DNA of 51,343 nucleotides from an uncultured virus (IMG/VR IMGVR_UViG_3300011912_000001) (Duplodnaviria; Heunggongvirae; Uroviricota; Caudoviricetes). Made by a program: the position numbers and the translations under genes. The notes beneath the pieces are model-generated. The model was not told where the DNA came from, ran no database searches, and saw nothing but the letters and a program-made list of their open reading frames with translations. Location of the stretch: IMG/VR virus record IMGVR_UViG_3300011912_000001. One strand, written 5' to 3'. Below, in pieces: positions 48,923 through 51,343 of this stretch (within the stretch, counting starts at the first letter, position 1; every line of letters begins with the position of its first letter).

Positions 48923-49474
48923 TTATAAGGAGGCCGTAGGCCCCCGCTCTTTCGATTTTTGAAGAGTGTTGCGTATTTTTGTCGTTGGTTTCGTTGAAGA
49001 AACAGGATGAGGCATTTTCAGACGCTGATGATGCATCTCGCAAGTGGAAGCAAAGCTCATGGCATTCGATGCCGCTTGGCGCTTAAAGGATTCCAAGCAT
49101 TCGTGATACCGTTCAGCGTAGATGCCCTTCTTGCATTCTTCAACGAAAGACAATAGAATGGTCTGCTTGAGAATCTCAATTTCAGATTCTGCAAAAAAGA
49201 AACGAGGGTAACGGGGAGAATGCGAGTGTTTGCGAAAGACTGCGACTTGTTCGGGTGTCATCCCTAGCATCAAATTAAAACGATAATCATACTTGGGGTT
49301 GCCCCGATGGTCACTGATACGAATACTATAGTTGGCGCCGTAATCCATCTTGATATAGGTGCTGTTACTCGTAGTCGCTCGTCGGACATGTGTCGTAAAA
49401 TCATTTTCTGTTAAAAAGGTTAAGAGGTTACGGGTAACACGTTTGTTCGCGGTCGTCCGCTTGATGTTTGGCAT
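48923..49474 (-). CDS. Hypothetical protein with STY...SIRISDH motif
   Basis: ATG 49474; ends in PTASL. Confidence 0.7.
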   Translation of the reverse strand: MPNIKRTTANKRVTRNLLTFLTENDFTTHVRRATTSNSTYIKMDYGANYSIRISDHRGNPKYDYRFNLMLGMTPEQVAVFRKHSHSPRYPRFFFAESEIEILKQTILLSFVEECKKGIYAERYHECLESFKRQAASNAMSFASTCEMHHQRLKMPHPVSSTKPTTKIRNTLQKSKERGPTASL

Positions 49475-49490
49475 AATAAAAGTCACATCC

Positions 49491-50159
49491 TTAGAGAGTA
49501 AGTGTAGGGACAAAAGAAGGAGAAAGTTGTTCAAAAGAACGAGTGGTGACAGAGGCATATTGGTCAATGGTCAACCAAGAAATATGAAAATAAAAAGCAT
49601 TGTTAATACACGTAACATTTAGTGGAAAACGTGCCTTATCTGACATCTGGTTGAAGGGTGGGACGTTGAATTGATTAAAGGGAAGATTAAGAGGAAAACT
49701 GATATAGGGGTATTTCTTAGAAAGAAAAATACGAAGCAAAGAACGAGAACACAGGATTTCTCGCATGGTACATTTGACACCGTTAATCGAATGATGACCG
49801 GGGAAATGTGAAATCAAAGATTCCGTGAAATCAAACAGATGCGGATAATATTCAGCACCATTGATTTTGCGGGCATCAACAAGAGAACGAACGAACAAAT
49901 GAAATTGTTCCGTGTATGATCTGCCAATCGAAGCTTGTAAACGGTCAGGTAATTTAAAGTATAAATCGGACTGGCGTGCTTTCTTGTTAAAAAACAAATG
50001 AAGATGCGTTACCGAATAGCTTGGAATGGGTTTGTCTAGGGTTGGTCGAATCGGAGCTTCACTTTCGTTAAACAGATGGTAATAGGGGTTTTCTTTTGTT
50101 TGACAGCCATGATAGTTTCGAAAACGAGACATATGGCGATTGAATTGATAGAAAGTCAT
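49491..50159 (-). CDS. Orphan protein, tag LSPSFVPTLTL
   Basis: 222 aa ORF. Confidence 0.75.
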   Translation of the reverse strand: MTFYQFNRHMSRFRNYHGCQTKENPYYHLFNESEAPIRPTLDKPIPSYSVTHLHLFFNKKARQSDLYFKLPDRLQASIGRSYTEQFHLFVRSLVDARKINGAEYYPHLFDFTESLISHFPGHHSINGVKCTMREILCSRSLLRIFLSKKYPYISFPLNLPFNQFNVPPFNQMSDKARFPLNVTCINNAFYFHISWLTIDQYASVTTRSFEQLSPSFVPTLTL

Positions 50160-50183
50160 AAAGCACCTGCTTTCCAGTTAGTT

Positions 50184-50528
50184 TTACCACGAAATTGTAA
50201 GCGTGGCTTCATTCATGTCATCTAAGGCATGCGGTTGGATGGCTTGGACTCCAAATTTTTGAATCATCAAGTAGAGGGTGAGATGGTGATAAACTTGGCG
50301 ATGAATATCACTATTGAATTCGATGGTGAATGTAACATTGTCGCCACCGATTGCGGCTTTCTTATTGATGGTATTGACGAGATTAAAGAAATGACGGTGC
50401 CAAACCATCCGATATAAGCTTTCTTCGGTTTCTTTGTCATTAGCCGGTTTTTGATTCGCACGGTCCGTCATCGCCCGCACTTCATGTGCTTTTAATGGAA
50501 TGGATTTCATAATAATTTGCTCCTTCAA
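50184..50528 (-). CDS. Hypothetical protein ('ISW' family)
   Basis: INKKAAIGG...LTISW; start uncertain. Confidence 0.7.
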   Translation of the reverse strand: MKEQIIMKSIPLKAHEVRAMTDRANQKPANDKETEESLYRMVWHRHFFNLVNTINKKAAIGGDNVTFTIEFNSDIHRQVYHHLTLYLMIQKFGVQAIQPHALDDMNEATLTISW

Positions 50529-50801
50529 TCAGTAGTATTTTTGTGAAGAATGGGCAACAGCATCATAGCGACGATAGAGTGCATTATATTCTAAAGAAGC
50601 ATGACGAAGTTCAGGATAGATTTGAGACAAAGCAAATAGTGCTTCTTCGTGAGTAACACGCGGAGGTAACTCTACTACAGTACCGTTATAGTGTACTTTA
50701 AATGAATCAGAAGTCTGTATTTCTAGAAGTTCTTCTGATGGTGGTTCTGGTCGTGCGATATGAGCACGTCGTTTTGGAGCAGGAATAATAGGAGCGGGCA
50801 A
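50529..50801 (-). CDS. Solo Ubl paralog lacking the C-terminal glycine
   Basis: VHYNGTVVELP...ALSQIYPELRHA aligns with the Ubl repeat; ends SSQKYY instead of GTKG; start uncertain. Confidence 0.75.
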   Translation of the reverse strand: MPAPIIPAPKRRAHIARPEPPSEELLEIQTSDSFKVHYNGTVVELPPRVTHEEALFALSQIYPELRHASLEYNALYRRYDAVAHSSQKYY

Positions 50802-50821
50802 ATTTTCTTGTTCAATGTTTT

Positions 50822-51340
50822 CTAATTTTGCTTGTGTGTTTCGTAAAGGTAAGCCTCCTTGATATCAGTGAGTGTTGCTTGGCGGTACTGTTCTTTATAG
50901 GCGTTGACGACTTCAGTAATCATAGCATGGTAGCTGTGAGACATTGCTAAGACTTGACGTTCTTGGTCCGCTTGTTTTTTATCAGGTGAAAAGAAATGCG
51001 GAGTCTGTGGAATCTTGATGATTTTGTCAGCATAAATGCTGAAGAACATGCGATGTTTGAGAGCGACATGATTGTAGATGTCATTGCCTGTATCATTTTT
51101 GAATGAATCGCGCATCCGTTGCAAGTCTGACATGAAATCACGGTAACTGACAGGTTTTTCATTGTACATAAACAAAGGGTCGTCAGGATTATTGCGTCCC
51201 ATTAGCTTTTTTCCCATATCGAGCAAAACGTCAGTGTAAGGTGTTAGAATTTTGTAAGCGAAGTCAGAGTCATCGTGTTCTTTAAGAGCAGGATTTTCTT
51301 CATGATTCAGTGCAGGGTATTTCTTGTAGATACTCAGCAC
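50822..51340 (-). CDS. Hypothetical protein (start may lie beyond the window)
   Basis: 172 aa ORF at the window edge. Confidence 0.65.
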   Translation of the reverse strand: MLSIYKKYPALNHEENPALKEHDDSDFAYKILTPYTDVLLDMGKKLMGRNNPDDPLFMYNEKPVSYRDFMSDLQRMRDSFKNDTGNDIYNHVALKHRMFFSIYADKIIKIPQTPHFFSPDKKQADQERQVLAMSHSYHAMITEVVNAYKEQYRQATLTDIKEAYLYETHKQN

Positions 51341-51343
51341 ATA

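Noticed and set aside
48923..48950. PTASL as a full-strength tag instance
   Set aside because: Lacks the upstream F/L and overlaps a hairpin-repeat variant, so it may be coincidental; counted with caution.

Overview
A 51 kb gene-dense segment of a large Bacillales-type mobile element (megaplasmid or large phage; no virion or conjugation genes in the window, so the type cannot be decided). Genes have AAGGAGG RBSs and sigma-A-like promoters, and all but one confident gene lie on the minus strand. Recognisable core: partial nrdI, thioredoxin, DHH phosphoesterase, DUF262, SH3b-3D cell-wall enzyme, Sir2, nucleotidyltransferase, dnaE split by a group I intron, a free OB-fold protein and RNase H. 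There is a PRTRC-like ubiquitin operon (tri-Ubl precursor, E2-like, JAB split by a second group I intron, ThiF/E1). Also present: Spx-like protein, two metallophosphoesterases, PTH2, SPFH and NADAR. Most striking observations: (1) about 20 orphan proteins from at least four apparently unrelated paralog families share a C-terminal tag, [F/L]-x5-P-x3-L-COOH, that is absent from the recognisable enzymes; (2) a polyubiquitin-like precursor whose repeats 2 and 3 are protein-identical but differ at about two-thirds of their codons, plus a distant Ubl paralog lacking the terminal Gly; (3) a group I intron inside the JAB HSH active-site motif; (4) a ~400 nt structured intergenic RNA candidate with convergent promoters. 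All family calls are motif recognition by eye; no searches were run. Six N-runs are scaffold gaps.
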